Source of the DNA: Azolla caroliniana
Taxonomy: Eukaryota; Plantae; Polypodiophyta
Direction of reading: 5' to 3'
NCBI GenBank assembly: GCA_043228905.1
Contig: JBHGNT010000011.1
Coordinates: forward strand, 19,096,001 to 19,160,000
Length of the DNA stretch: 64,000 bases
The notes beneath the pieces were generated by a model, which saw only the letters and a program-made list of their open reading frames with translations, ran no database searches and was not told where the DNA came from. Made by a program: the position numbers and the translations under genes. Position 1 is the stretch's first letter, and each line of letters starts with the position of its first letter. This document shows positions 44,268 to 64,000 of this stretch, piece after piece.

Positions 44268-47200
44268 TTAAGAGGGTGGTGCTACGAGCCTGCCTTCAGG
44301 AGAAAATGGTGAAGGATCCACACATTGTTGTTTTTCCAAAAGCAAGTTCACCACCATCTCTGCTGTTCCAAGGGACTGTTCCAATAAAAGCAAAAATATT
44401 ATTAGCTTCACATACAGACTTCAAAGAATATGGTAGCAATTAAAAGAATATATCTAAATTAGGTGCATGCCACATCTGAAATCTACAAACTAGTATAGGA
44501 AACTTCATTGATTAGAAACAAACAACATATCGACTAATTTATCAAAAGAACAGAATATAAGAACTCCCTCAGAGCTAGAGCTAATTTAGAAATTATTTTG
44601 ACGTTTTCTTGAAACATGGTTGCTCAACAAGATTAAAATTCAACTTAGCATTCTACAGTGGAGCCATCATCAGTGGATCTAGATTAAGTTATTCTGGACT
44701 TGGACAGAAATAATTTATTTGAAAAGAAAAAGCTTACATTTCGGTCATCTCACTGCAAAAAAGGAAGAAAATTGTATGCGCATAGACAAAGAAAACAGAA
44801 TGAAAGCATATGCATCAAAGCTGCAAAGCCAAGAGTGTCCAAAGCATGAAGGAACCAATGAATATGACATCTCAAGATGAAATTGGCATATTGGACCATC
44901 GTGAAGGCAAAAACACAGCAAAGAGAGATTATATCCTGGGCATCCAGTTGGTATGCAGTTGGAGGATTATGGTCAAGTGGACCTTATCCGTACTCATTCA
45001 AACACAGGTGCAAGAATGGGGAAGCAAAGTTCCAGGCTGGCTCTTACAACCTGTATGCTCCTTTTCCAAATGGAATCAAATCAACTTAACGTAGCATGGA
45101 CTATATCTTGAAACAAAACATATGTCTAAATTATTTATTCGTTCAACATGTCCAATAAATTACTAATCTTGTAATATAATCCCGGCTATATTTTTCTTTT
45201 TATTATATCCCAAGAATAATAATTTGGAAGCACATGTCATGAGTTAATTCTGAATCCTTCAAAAGAGATCATTCCATTCGTCTTCTTTTCAATATCTGCC
45301 ATAACAGTATATGGATGCATTATTTCATTGGCTTATCAAATTTAGGAGAGAGAGAGGGGGGAGCCTATGGAAATATGTGTATAATCATATAAAGTAGCAA
45401 AAACACTAGTATACCCATAAAGTTTTCTGAGTAATTCTTTAAATTTTAGGGGTACTCTGGTAACTATCTCAGAGTTAATGATAGTTAAATGTTCTTGCCT
45501 ATAAAGTGACAACACCTCAAAGTCTTTAAAAGAGAAAGGGGGGAGTACCAGGGCAAGGCCTTCCCCTTCATGACCAGTTGCTAATAACAGTCTTCCTAAA
45601 CCTGGAACTTCTCCAATCATAGGACGCCCATCTGGAACTGCATGGTACATAAAAACAATTTGGCTGAGCTCAGATAATTGCAAGGATAAAACAAACTAAC
45701 CATAAAAAAGGACAAAACACTAAAATACCCCTAAGTTTTAAAAAATTACCGGGATTCCCCTATGTAGTAGTAAATTCTGCACCATGAAGGGGAATTCCAG
45801 TAAAATCATTAAGAATGTTAGGGTACTTGGGTAAATACCCAAGAAGTCAGGGGTATTTTGATGTTTTTATCTATCAAAAAGCAAACATTTCATACCATAT
45901 GGACGATGTCCAATGCGAACTGTGCCAGCTTTTAATGCCTCTGCCAAATGAATGTCCGCCAAAGCAGGTAAGTACTCACCTGCTTTTTTAAGAATAGCTT
46001 CCATAACATCATATTGAAGGCTAAAATCAAAGCCTGCAAACTGCCTGCTACTCCCTTCACGTCAATCAGAAAATATATGAGTAAGACTGTGAGATACACT
46101 CCCTAGATAGAAAGCATCTATTATTAAATTATAATTTATCAAACAGAAGGAATGGTTCCTACCCTAATCATCCCAGATTAGATCTTCAAAGTTGGAAACG
46201 TTTAAGCAATTTCATAGTCAGCCTAGAACAATTTTCACTGGATCATGGCAAGGTTTAAGAGTAGAGCTCACTTTTGTAACAGTAATCATCCCAAACCTTG
46301 GTTTTTTTTGTTATAGGATTTGAGCTATAACTTCTATTCTCTTCCCTTGGTTATGAATAAAGTAAATATAGTAATGATGAAAGGGACACCAGTCTCTGGA
46401 GCAAGTTTCAAAATCCTAATCTCTTAGATCTAATATTAAGTCTAATGAAACCAAACCCTTAAGATGTTATTTCATTTATGTAATATTTCTCCGGAGGCAA
46501 AGAATTACAGAGTGCATGATAGGGACGAATATAAGTGGGCATGATAATAAACATCCATCAGGTCCCAAGTGTAAAACCCAGTGCATTACAATGAGTCATC
46601 ATCTTAGAAAGTGATGTTGTTGGGCAATCAATAGGATTTCACAGTCATGTATCTATCCAAGGCCTTCAAATCGTCTGATGGAAAACAAGGTCTACATTGC
46701 AACAGAATGGGAAGGGTGAAATTGACCCATCTATGAGGACATAGTAAATTTTATAATTAATGTTAATGAATTGGCAACTTCATAAAATGCCCGACCAAGA
46801 ATAAATTATATAACAATTATAGATATTATATGTTATAATATATATTGAAAAACTTATGGAGTGCATGATAAAGATGTGTACCTATACAAGAAGCTTGATA
46901 ATAAATCTATTAGGTGATGAGCGTACAAATAGCTCCTTGCAATAAGTTAACATAAATAACTGTAACTTTGTCAGGTCTCATATGCCACCTCTTTTTTAGG
47001 AAGTTGAAAAAAAAGAAAAAAACTTAATTCTAGCAAGAACAGACCTGCGCATCCTCTGTCTTCGTATTCCATTCACTCATAGAGTCAGAAGAGTCATCTC
47101 CCAATCATTTCATCAACAAAGTTCAATGATAAAAAAGATGTCCCTGTGCTTCCATTAGTCTCGATCTCTAACTGATATGAAGAGGTCCTGATTTGCGACA

Positions 47201-50200
47201 GTATGGAGTGCATGAGGGAGATGTCCATCCCTGAGTTCTTATTTATCCCATAAACATCCATAAGCTCCATCGCTTTCCACAATGCCCTCAGTCATGTAAA
47301 TGACCAAAAATGGGGATAAACGGAGCATATATAATCACTCAAACATCACCATATGATGAAATAAAAAGGAATGATTTCACCACCATATATTTGCTCAAAA
47401 AAAAGCTTATAAGTAAGCTAGAAGGAATTTGAGAAATAAAGAAAAAGGCATAGGTATGTCAGTGTCTAGGGTTTGGGGAAGAGAACAAATCAGACTACAA
47501 AGAACATAAAACAATATTTCCATGGAGAGGACTGATGTAGGAAATGTTCCAAGTGGAAATGTATAGCTTCCCAAAAAGCAATCACACCACGTGTTGTTAA
47601 ATGCAACAGGAGAGTAAATTTTCAAAGGGACAGATGAGTGTAGGCAGAGACAGTGTGTATTGGATGAGCCAAGATTATCTTATCATTAATATGGTTGGTC
47701 ACACACTCATTGGCTATTGTCTTTGTAAATACCAACAAAATATTCTACACGATTCAAAAGTGGAACTTCACCAAGAGAACCTTCAAGTTTTTTCTCGAAA
47801 TTTTTATTTAGAACAACAAATTTGAGGAAAAAATTAAGCCAATCTCATTAGCTATCCATTAATAGAACAATGCATAGACATAGAGAAGTCCCAACCAGTT
47901 CTATGAATTTTCTTGTATTTCATCCATCTTACACCGCCTTTTAAAAATCAAATAATTTTCCTTCCAAACAAATTGAAGTACATCAAAATACCTAATAGCA
48001 GTCGACCTTCTGCATCTATTGTAGCAGTTGAAGCAATACCAAAAGTATCAGAAGAGTCTGCAAGCTTTTCGTATGCAAATTCCATTAAACCATGCCTTAG
48101 ATAAATTTGCCCAAGGCTTTCTAATACCAATAAATGTCCCTGAAGAAAAAGACAGCAGTGAAACTGTTCTTGAAACTTCCAACCTATGCAAGAAACAGGC
48201 ATAATACATGTGAATGTTTATACTGTCAGTTGAATCATTTTTATCCAAAGAATTTTTTTGGAAGATGCCGATAGTCATAAAAACCTTGAAGTTATTGTAT
48301 GTTTCGTAAAACATACATTCCAAATCAACCCAATCAAATTCGCTAGTACAGCATTTTCAGTGCCTTCCAGTATGGAATAAGTGGCTAAGACATAGACATT
48401 CAGTGATTTAGACATCTAAATATTCCAGCAGATATTTAAAGCATCCTGATGTGTAACAATCACTCAACCGAACTGAACTGCGAAACCGCGGCTTAACGGC
48501 TTAACAGTTTAAACAGTTCGGTTTGGTTCAGGATTGAGTTTTTTTGCGGTTTGGTTCGGTTTTAACAGATTGAAACCGCAGTTTAAAATGTTTGATGGTT
48601 TTTTTATTTTTAGATTTTTAAATTTGTAGATTTTTTTGATGTTATTGAATTTTTTTTAATTTTTAAATTTTATTTTCTTTTAACAGCCTTTTCATTTTTA
48701 AGCCTAATTCTCACATTTTAGGAAAAATCTTTAAATTTTTGAAATAATGAAAATTTTTAAATTTGAATTTTGACCTGAATTGAAAACCGAAACCAAACCA
48801 TGAAACCACGGTTTAATGGTTTAACGGTTTGGGTTTTACCTAATGGTTCGGTTCAGGTTTCAAAAAAATTAAACGGTTCGGTTTGGACACTCTCGAACCA
48901 AACCATTGCCAATTGTTACTGAAGTGTTCTCCCGTACAATGATGTCGGCTACAAATGATTACATGTATTTAAGCCATTTAATTTTTAGGAAACTAGAGTT
49001 AAAACTGATATTTGTTTTGTTGCTCACTTTGACGAGTTAAAATAAGCAGTGGTAATCTTCATTAGAGATATTGATATATCTTGTCCACAGATCTTATTCA
49101 TTCCAATTCAAGCCCTTTATTGGAAACATTCTTGAGAGTTGAAATCACTATTTTAAAAGCTGCAAGGGATGATTTCTATAATTGATCTATCCTAAAGAAT
49201 CGACAGACAATGAATGCCCAGAGAAACTATAGCCAGTACAAATTGTGAAAGATTTGATGACAGATGAAGAAGGGCTGTAGATTAGGTGCAGAAAGATAAG
49301 AACATATACCTGGATCTGAGCTAAGGAACCAGTACACTAAAAACCATTTTCCCAATACCTGCACCTCCTTGCCTAAATGAATGAATTTGATCATATTAAT
49401 AATTAAAATTTCAGTGACAACCATAGCTTGAACAATATAGATGGTGGACTGTGTTATGTGAACAAATAGGGCGTTTTAACTGGACATATCGTCTATAGAA
49501 TTGCTGGTAGCCTAATGTCTAGGAAAATAGAAAAGTAGTTTATGTAACAGCCAAAGAAACAGGAAAATCCCACTTGTGGGGCTGTATAATGCCAGACAAC
49601 AGCCTGACATTAGGAAAATACGCCCCAGATGCTGCCCTTTGACAGGCCAGAAGAACTATCCCACTAGCGATGTACAAATTAAAATACTGAGAACATCCAT
49701 ATGTAATCTCTCATTTGGTCTCTAAGCCATTTGGACCTCTGAAGAGATGTTAATATATCTTTCTTTCTTTGTTATTGAAAACAAGATTAGTGTAACAGTT
49801 AGATGACAAACATTACGGTACCCTTGTGCTAAATATGGATTAGGATTAACAAATTTGGATCAAACTGTAATGAGTTATAATCAAGCAGATATAAATCAAG
49901 AATATGAAAAAGTAGAAAATCAAAGGTAGCACTAGAAGTTAATCAAGATAAGCCTTTACATCTAATTGCGCATTAGTGTATTCAAGCCTATGATTCCAGA
50001 GACATGATTGCCTATCAGACATCCTGCGTACATGTGAAATATACAAGAGCCCGCACTTAACTGGCAGAAAACTAGCATATTGTTTCATGTGGACATACCT
50101 TTCGAGGTTTTGTGGCTAAAACATAGGGTAAGGAAAGTTTTTCAAATGCATTCTTCATCAATTCCCCACTCCAAGCACCAGCAGCCATGATTACTCGTTC

Positions 50201-53200
50201 TCTGCAATATATTGCTCTCCTTGTGGTTTGCACGCCTACCAAATGTCCATATTGATCTGACCTGATAGAAAAGAAGGTTACTCACTTAAAAAAATGAAAA
50301 AGGTATCCAATATTCTTGTCAAAGCATACCATAAGAAGTTCATAACTGGATCATAAAATATTTCCTCAAAACGACCAGCTGAGCAATACTTCCGATTCTC
50401 CTACAATTTGAAAACAGACCAATTGCAAGCATAAGTTAGAAACAAATAGTTTATCAGAACTATAGATATTTGTAGCACAGATCCTTGCATAGATATTACT
50501 GCAATCATTTATAGACAAGAAAGCAATATGTGCTTTTCGCCAACTTCAAAATATGTACATCAACTCCAATGCAGTTTTTCCCAAAGTTGTGCATAGATCC
50601 TGGGTTCATGACAAACTCAGCAAGAATCACATATAAATTCATCCGAACAAACTGAATCTTTGAACTTAAGGATATTATAATTCAGAATGAGATTAATTTT
50701 CACCACTTGGGTGCCAATTCAGGAAGGGAGTTAAAAGGTTTTGCACCTTAGGTTTCAAAATCCTAATGTTAATAACATCAGATGACAGGAATTATATGGG
50801 ATAATTTAAAATATGTATGCATGTTTTCTGACATTAACACAGAACATGAGGCTCCAGGAGGAAACACTACTCTGCAATGTTTGATGCACTGTTGGCATAT
50901 TGGAGAAGGCCACAAAAGGAAGGGAAGCATTGGCTCTCTTCTGAGTAAGTTCTAACAACAGGGAACTTGCTTGCTTTTGAATGCTTCTAAAGATATTTCC
51001 ACAAGCTTTTATTCTCTGGATTCCTGTCCAATACCAACTCAGTAGAAACTTATAAACATGTTTCCCTCTATGCTCATTTCAAGATCATTCTCCAGACTAT
51101 GATACTGATATCATGGTATTCTCTTCTTTTTTATCAAGGAGCATTCTGCCTTCCCAGCTTTCTGATTGATTTACTTTCCCCATAATTCTCCATGACGTTA
51201 CAAATTTGAGGAAAAAAAGCTATCCAGCAGTTTGCTTCAATAAACAATAATGATTACTTTCGCATCAGTTCATTCCATATTTTCCCACTTTTTCCACCAA
51301 TAGATTTACATCTTCATCTAGTTTCAAGTTCTACTAGCTCTACAAAAATCGAACGCCTTCTTACCGCAATCAAATAGTCGAGCACACAGAATCCATGTAG
51401 ATTCTATTTGCAATTGGTGACCATGCACATTATTGTATTTTACTCTTTCATAGTTTCATAAAAACTTCACACATTAATAGCTGTACGGTTTTCCACATTC
51501 AAACCTTAAGAGCACAATCATTGATTTCCTTGTCTCATGTTTAAAAACAAAGCAAAAGAGAGACAGTGCCCACTGTTGCAAAATATGCCACCGCTAAATG
51601 TGCATCAATTTGACTATCATCATGTGTCAACACTGCAGACCCATCTGCACCAACATTAAGCTGTGGCTCAATTTTACGAAGAGCATTAGAATCAAGGAAC
51701 TCAGTATTCACTCCTTCAGCATATAAAGTCTCTGCTCTCTTCCGAAGGGAAAAGGCATGCTCTGAAGTAGTTCCAAACAGCAAGCTCCCTATACAACCAA
51801 ATAAATGCTTACTGAAGACATAGCTTACAAGTATAATAGCTGAATGTTTTATAAGCTCAGTGGAAGGAACCTGACCTGTTCTTTTATATCCAATTATTAC
51901 TTGAGGATCTAGCTCCAAGTCTTGCAAATTCTTTGCAAATTCGCTCCACAACAAATTACTTCGCAGAGAAAGTGGCCAGGTAGCTATAGAAGGTGACTTG
52001 TGCCCAAGCCATATATAGCCTTGCCCTGATGAAAAGTATAATTCAGTGTGCATTTCACCTTACTCGATCTTAGAAGAATTCAATTTTAAAAGCAATTTGT
52101 ACAGCATTATCTATCTAGTTTGCAAACAATCACCACTTCTCACAAATAAAACTCTACAGCAGCATAGTTCCTTCATTGTTCATCTTATATGGGGTATAGT
52201 AGCTTATTCCACTCAATTTCCTGAACCCTGTGCATACAAATCACTGAGTGGTGGCCCAATAGAGTTTCTTGCATGCTTTTCTGAGATTGATCACCCAAAA
52301 ACAAATAGCGTTCTTCAGGGAGCATGATAATTCCACAGCTTCAGACAACACAATAGTTGATTGTGTCTGACATTTCATAACAATAAGCGTATATATAGAA
52401 ATTTAGATTTTCATGCAAACCAAGAGTGCCATATTAAATTTGTGAAATCTCCATAAACTTTGAATAGTGCTGCCTTTTGTAAATTTAGTTGCAAAACTAT
52501 TGGATCATATATAATCTTATTAACAGGAAATCATGGATTTAGATTAGTCACAGGACATGGTAATTAATCATCTTTACTAGAACTCTGAAGTTCCTCAGAA
52601 CATTGCAAGTTTTTGTTCACTAACATGACGGTTCAATTTCTGTGCTTAACACTTGGAAATATTTAAATAGGAGTGGGATATATGAAACATTCATAGTCTT
52701 TCAATGGTGCGGTGTTCTGCCTTTTGTCAGACTAGTTCAAGGTTTTTATTTTAAAAGATCTCAAACTTTGGCCAGATTAGTAGCAAAACCATGGATCGTA
52801 ACACCATGGATTTCAAACTAGTTCAAGGTCCTACAAAAGAGATCTCAATATTTGAAGGCTTCTAATCTAAACATTCTAATTTTACTCTCAGTTTCAGAAT
52901 ATACCGCAATTTCAAAAACTAAAAATAGCTTTCCGGTATCAAAAATGTATTGTTATCTAAGCTTGGGTTTTCCGAGAATTGAAATTTTCATATCTAAGTT
53001 TGTGAAACCTACAGAAACTTCAATGATGATGCCTTGTCTCAGATAGATTGCAAAAACAGGATAATGTAAAAAAGAGTTTTAAAATGGATTTTATCAAACC
53101 TCCATCTAAATTTGTTAAAATCAACATGCAAAAGTTGAATTTGGAAGTATCTGCATATAAATTTTGAATAATCCACATATAGGTTACACAAAAATCAGAA

Positions 53201-54488
53201 TTCTCTTCATATCTAATATTCAAATGAAATTTGGAGAGCACCACATCTAATCATGGTTATTATGAATCTGAAATCTCTGAGAACATTCATAAAATTTGAG
53301 ACTTTGAAGTACGATAGTGTTTACTTTTTTAAATGATTTAGGGAATATCTTTTTTCACTATACGGAAATCAGAAGCCCAGAAAAAAGTTTGGTCTTTTCC
53401 TGAAAAAGTTGCAAAACTATAGGCCATATGTGATAAGATGTAGGCAGAAAACAAATTCTGGGGTTTCTAAATATGTGCTGTTTTGCGTCAAATTTGTTGA
53501 GAAGAACTGTGGATCTTATATCATGATACACACACAAAATTTCTCACAGTTTTGGAAAATCATACTTCATGTCTGTCATCACTAGTGGTAAAGCTACAGA
53601 TAATGTCTCTACTCATAACTAAATGCTGGTAAATCTCAGATTTTAGAAAACCATCTTCAATTTCCATTGATTAGGTGCAAAAATCACAGATTATAAATAA
53701 ACATAGAAAAAACAGCCAAGTTTGAGGAAATGTTCTGCCTTCTGTCAAATTTAGCTCCAAAACAATGAAGAATTTGTGTCTCATACATAGCACATTAAAA
53801 TCTGAACCTTCATGAAATTAAAATACAAACTGACACAGATATTTTGCATTTCCATAGCACAGGAAGTTTTGATATTTCATGAAATCTGAAGAAAGTCTGC
53901 GTTCTGTTGTCATATTATACGAAAAACCAGTGGATCGTCTCTAAAACCTTATAATTGAGCACAATAAGAAAAACAAATAAAAATCTGAAGATGCAGTAAT
54001 CAGAAGGTTAATAACTAACCAGCACCGGTAGCACCTGAGCATGGCCTTCCAGCATCCACGAGAGCGACAGAGAGATGAGTATTGGAAAGAATCCTATGAG
54101 CTATAGAGAGACCAATGATCCCTGCACCAACGATCACCACATCATACTCCAATCTCTGATCCAGAGATGGAGAAGAATAAGCGGGTGAAGCTTGTGCGCT
54201 AGCTAATGTACAGCTCCTCTTTTTCTCTCTTCCTTTCAGAAACGATCGTGAATTCGGTTCGGAAATTGATGCACATGGAGGAAGGAAACTTCTTGAACAA
54301 ATAATAGGAGGAGGAGGAGGAGGAGGAAGTAGAAGGCTACGGAAATGAGCAGGTGATGGTTTGGAAACGCCATGGTCATGGCAGCTTGCGATTTTCTGCT
54401 GCTGCTGCTGCTGCTGTAAAGAAGAAGAAGACGAAGAAGATAACGACGATGAGAGGTGGAAGGTAAGATCTCGCGGCAGAGCACACAT
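44268..54488 (-). CDS. FAD-dependent oxidoreductase, DAO/glycine-oxidase family, with a probable plastid transit peptide; 9 exons, 523 aa
   Basis: Exons 54020-54488, 51876-52025, 51574-51788, 50330-50400, 50099-50261, 47992-48139, 45896-46054, 45549-45637, 44268-44375. GT-AG, total 1572 nt, open frame. Motifs DVVIVGAGIIG, SGATGAGQG, AAGAWS, GHRPY.PDGRPMIG, ATGHEGEGL. Confidence 0.92.
47040..47290 (-). mobile_element. RTE-X/L2-like LINE fragment in an intron
   Basis: SQIRTSSYQLEIET motif. Confidence 0.55.
48454..48918. mobile_element. hAT-type MITE copy with 8-bp TSD
   Basis: TAACAAT...ATTGTTA termini; flanks CTGATGTG (48446-48453) / CTGAAGTG (48919-48926). Confidence 0.85.
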
Positions 54489-55863
54489 GGTGCAAGGACA
54501 AGGAAGAAGGAGGGGTGGGTGTGTAAGTTTTGTTTTGTGGGGAGGAGGATTAGGGTTTGGTCGCTAGGGTTTGGTCGCTGTGTTCTCTGCTATCTCTGTG
54601 CAGAAGAAAAGTTGATGAAACAGACGCTCCGCGGAGCGAGGAGGCTAATGATAATTTGAAATGTCTATATTTCTTTTTTGTTCTCTTTCTGCTTTTTGTA
54701 TTGTATTTTTGCTGGGATTGTCCATGGACAGAAGAAGAAGAAGAAGAAGAAGAAGAAGAAGAGAGGGGGTAGAGATGGACAGAGTCTACGGGTCATCCCA
54801 CGGGTGGGTGGGTGGGCGGGTGATCGGCCATTGGCTCGTCTCCAAGGGCTCCGTCTCTCCATGCGTATAATTCCTCATGCCTCCACTTTTGCCTGTGTCT
54901 CCACATAGACATTCCATATCAAGGGGCCTTTAACCCCCCTTGCAGTTCCCCGCATTCGCATATGTGTTCTTTGTTGCCCATGCCCCATATATGTCTCATG
55001 CATATGCTCATCCCCCATTCCTACTCGCATGTGTCTTTCTTCGTATGTGCCTCACAATCCTTTGCATGTCCTAGAAACTTGCTCCATTTTCTTTAAACGA
55101 ATGAGTCTAAGCAAGATGAGGATGGCGCTCATTGACAAGGAGGATGAACCATGAAAGGTAAGCTTTAGTTCCAAAGACAATGAAACAAACTATGTCTCCC
55201 AATTTCAAAGGTTGTTGATGTCGTGTGTGCTATTGTAAAGCCATGCGTGTAAGCTATAGTCACAATGATAATGTCCATTTTGCCTTCCAAGGATGATTGA
55301 AATGGTCATTTACAAAGATGATAGAACGAAACATGACTTGACATTCAAATTGCTAGTGGATTGCGTTTATGCTTTTTCTTGGAGGATTCATTCGAACAAA
55401 CATGAAAATGATATCCGTAACCACATAGTCTATGTGACCAACCAAATCACCATGTGATAGTTTACCCTCACACTCTTCATCTTACAAAAAACCTACCACA
55501 TTAATACACACAACAGAAAAGGTCAAAATGAACCCCCTCATATATAACTTTTGCTATCCATCATTTGAATTTAAGGGGAAAAAAATCCTAGATATCACAA
55601 TCATATTACAATAGAGTAGAGAATAATCATAGAGGTTGCATCATCTTCATCATTGGCCTCTCTTTATTAAGCTTGCTTCAAAATTCAAACAAGAAAACAA
55701 ATACTAGTTATCCCTCTTAAGTGACAATTATCTTTGAGATGGGTACTCCTGTAGATACTTTATCTTTGCGTGCTCAAAATAACAAAAAATATCATTGGTA
55801 ACATTGCTTCCAATATTTTGAATACAACTATTTCTGAAAATACAGGGATTTAAATCCCCCAAT

Positions 55864-60555
<4,692 letters not shown>

Positions 60556-60724
60556 GGAATCTCGACGTAAGGAAGGAATTTCGCAGTTTTTGCAAACAGA
60601 AAACAGAAGAAAGAGAGAAAGAGAGAGAAGAAGAAAAACAAAACGAGCTTGCCTACTATCCTTGAAACCAGAGATGATGATGGATAGGCTGCGAATTGAT
60701 GATCGCCTGCACCATCGGACCTGC

Positions 60725-60733
60725 TTATATAGC
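60725..60733 (-). promoter_or_regulatory. Candidate TATA box of the TSA gene
   Basis: CTATATAAG on the minus strand, ~170 nt upstream of the ATG. Confidence 0.4.
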
Positions 60734-61429
60734 CTTTCAGGTTCTGCAGAAGAAGAAGAAGAAGAAGGAAGAAGGAAAGGGCTTTGAGGGCATACGCGTA
60801 ATTATCCAAAAATACTTCGCCTTTTGCGGGGCCCACAAATTCCATAAAAAAACGTGGTCCTTCTGCAGGGGCATCCCAGCAATTTCCTAAAAGTGGCATC
60901 TCTATTGAAGCTGTGAGGTTAGCAGGCCATTCCCAAATACAAGCAAAATAACAATAATACTACGAAGAAGAAGAAGAAGAAGATACTACGAAGAAGCAGA
61001 AACAAAAGAAGATGATGATGATGATGACGGTAGGTACATACTTACATGAGCTGGTGTGGACTTGTATTCTGCCATGACCCCTTCTCTCCCATCTCTTAAA
61101 GTTGACATTGTCCCCAAGCAATCTGCAAACGGCCTTTCTTATTCTTCTTCTCTCTTTCTCATTATTGAATAACGGTCCTGATTGTGTGTGTCATAAATTG
61201 TACTGATAATAAGAATGTGGCATTATATTTGCCTTTGTCATCCCGATTGTCATCGGCTTGATCAATTACATTGTTAGGGTCCACATTGTCCCCTAGCAAT
61301 TCGCAATGGCCTTTTCCATCTTTCTTATTCTTCTTCTCTTCCTTGTTATTGAATATTGATCACGTTTGTTTATCATAAACTATAATAATAATAAGAATGT
61401 GTTGTTATCGGCTTCATTGTCTTGATTAT

Positions 61430-64000
61430 CATTTGGTTGATAGACTACATTCAGATATCGCCTCCAATAATCACATGTTGCATTCATCGTACTAAATTAA
61501 CTTTTATGCAATCATTGCCCCCATCATTATTTGCCTATCCACGTGGGTTGCTAAGTGTGAAGGGACATATCTTGGCATGGCCACTAAATGTTGAGAGACA
61601 CCAAGAGTACTTTTTCCATCATCCTTAGGGTCAAATGTGAACTACAAGACCAAAAGTGAAACAGTTTCACACATAAACAGTTTCACATTGTATGTGTGGA
61701 ATGGAGCCTTGACTTTAAATGCTCGATCAATATACTAAATGATACTAATAGTTTTGTTTGCGCATGATAAATGATACTAACAATAAGAACGAGTATTATT
61801 TGCTTTGCCATGCCATACCTCTAATGATCACATGCTTCATTCATGTCAATCAACCTTTATGCAATAATCGTTCCCATCAAGGTTTTTTTATCTACTGGGT
61901 TGCCAAGTGTGAAGAGACATCTTGTCATGGCCACCATTCATGAAAAGGCATGTGCGTGTGTGTGAGGGAGAGACAAAGAGAGAGGAATAACATTTTTTAT
62001 TGTCCTCAAATGTCAAATATGAGCAATTGGACCAAAAGTGAAACATTTTCAGCATAGCATGTGTGGAATTGAAAAATTGTCAATGTTCAAAATGAATTAT
62101 TAACATATGTTGCAATTAAGAGTGCAGAGTCGAGCCTGAGCCGAATCACCAAACCATTTATAAATAGTTTAATGGCTCGGTTTAGGCTTGAACCGAGCCA
62201 TTGCCGATTCCAAGATGGAGAGACCAGTGCACAAAGAAGAGGAAGAAGAAACTAATAGAGATACTTGGGAGGAAAGCTTGTGTGGTGAGCCATGAGAGGT
62301 ATCAGTTACGTCAAGTCATGTGAGTGAGCAAGGAATCCATTGAATATTCCAAAACCCTTAGTCTCCTTCTTAACCTATTGCTTAGTATATTTATTAAACT
62401 GTTTTTTTGTAGAGAGGTATTTAGGTAAATATCAAAAAGCTTCATAGGAGTATAATAGTATTTCGGTAAACTTTTGAATATGTCATGGAAACATGATGGC
62501 ATGCCTCGAGGTATCTATATTATTCTTTCTCATGGAAATTGTCATATAAGAGAGGAGAAAAATAGGCAATTATGTGAGCCAATAAGGCATCATATTCACC
62601 TTTTATGTTGTCCTTTCACTTCACATGGTCTCTTAAAATCCATAGGATATTGATTGAGATTCAAAGGTCATATGTTATCTATGGTTGTTTTTCAATCCTC
62701 GTTGTAATTAATATTACTCTATTTGTGAAAAATATAAAAAAGTCATTGTGTGCTTAGTCATCGTTGAGCTACCATCATTTATCGTCGCCATTGGTAAGTC
62801 ATGCCTTAGATTGGGTAACTTTGAATCCATTATCATCCCATGAAGATCGCGGTGTGTTGCTATGTGATCTCCAAGTCATAAAGCCATTTGTTGTAATGGG
62901 CCTCAAGGATTCGAGGGGATGAGAGAGATATTTTGCTAACATCCTCAGAGTTCAAATATGATTGATCAATGGGACCAAACATGAAAATATTTCATGCAGA
63001 GTGTGGTGTTGAGTAATGATTTTGTCGATGTTGACGACTTTTATTTAGAAACATTGTAATTGAGAGTGCACATTGTGATTACGGGAAAAAGTGTGTTGGC
63101 ATTGGACAAGGTTGACAATGCGTGGAAAGTAATCACAATCATGTTGGGTGAAACATTGTTTAAACATGGGGTGCTCATAGAATGTTGCAATTAAAAGTAC
63201 ACATTTTATCGTGATATGAATGTGTAAGGATTGGACAATATGACAATGTATGCAAAGCAATCTTGAATGTGATCATTGCAACATTTCATAAAAGTGTGGA
63301 TAAGCCAAAACACAAGGCAATGAAACTAGAAAAGAAAACGAGGCTGAAAAATAAAAGAAAATAAATACATACTAGTTGAGCTTGTCACATGGAAGGCGTG
63401 GGCTATGCTTCAACTAGTTAACGGGGAGACCATTGCACAAGAAGAAGAAGAATATGCAAATGCAAATACTTGGAAGGAAGCTTATGTGTGGAGAGGTATG
63501 AGCTACATTGAGTCATATGAGTGAGCAAGGTTTCCATTGAATCTTCACAAACCCCTCGTGCAACTTCTTGACCTATTATTTGGGTGTGGTTATCCATCCA
63601 TGCTTTTGTATTTTGTAGGAGGGTATTCAAGCAATATCCAAAAACCTCCACAGGAATATTTGGGTAAATTTTGAAAATATCATGGAAATTCATTAGCACA
63701 CTCAAAAGAAGAAGAGAGAAAGTGGGTGGTGTTATGCCTTACCGTGGAAGGAGACGAGAAAATGAGAAAAATATGAGTTGCTAAAGTGCCATATTTGCAT
63801 TTTTGTACATAGTATCTCAAAGTCTACAATATATCTAAGGCGATCCCAATATTATATGTTACACATGTTCTCTTTTCCTTTCCATAAATAATGCAAGTCT
63901 ATTTATGAAATAAAAAAGTTATTATGTGTTTTGTCAAGTTGTAATTTCAATTATTGACGAGTTACCATCATTGGCATCCCCATGATTAATTCATGTATTA
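61430..64000. repeat. Unclassified degenerate duplicated repeats, probably TE-derived
   Basis: Similar blocks 61440-61720 vs 61790-62070 and 62215-62500 vs 63425-63700. Confidence 0.5.

Overview
Eukaryotic nuclear DNA from a non-seed land plant, most likely a fern. This is inferred from the bryophyte/fern-type 5S sequence, the fern-like matK fragment, RTE-X LINE remnants and long TE-filled introns. Bases 1-18,050 are a nested transposon island. A Copia element sits inside another Copia's gag. A decayed L1 LINE (~2,190-15,004) is split by a ~3.4-kb Penelope-like retroelement (PLE, minus strand, ~7,767-14,616). The PLE is itself split by a young gag-only Ty3/Gypsy-type element (10,245-13,706; 4-bp TSD, tRNA-Trp PBS). 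The PLE is the most striking object. It has a PLE-type RT but no visible GIY-YIG endonuclease. Its 5' end carries a 5S rRNA internal-promoter module, placed so that Pol III +1 would fall within ~2 nt of the element boundary. It also has a telomere-template-like AAACCCTAAA in its leader and a minimal type I hammerhead ribozyme near its 3' end. The rest of the window holds three intact intron-containing genes: a GSK3/SHAGGY kinase (+), a DAO/glycine-oxidase-family FAD oxidoreductase (-) and tryptophan synthase alpha (-). There is also a GrpE pseudogene, a plastid matK fragment inside a GSK3 intron, a hAT-type MITE family and many decayed TE remnants. All calls were made by eye from motifs and splice sites; no database searches were run.
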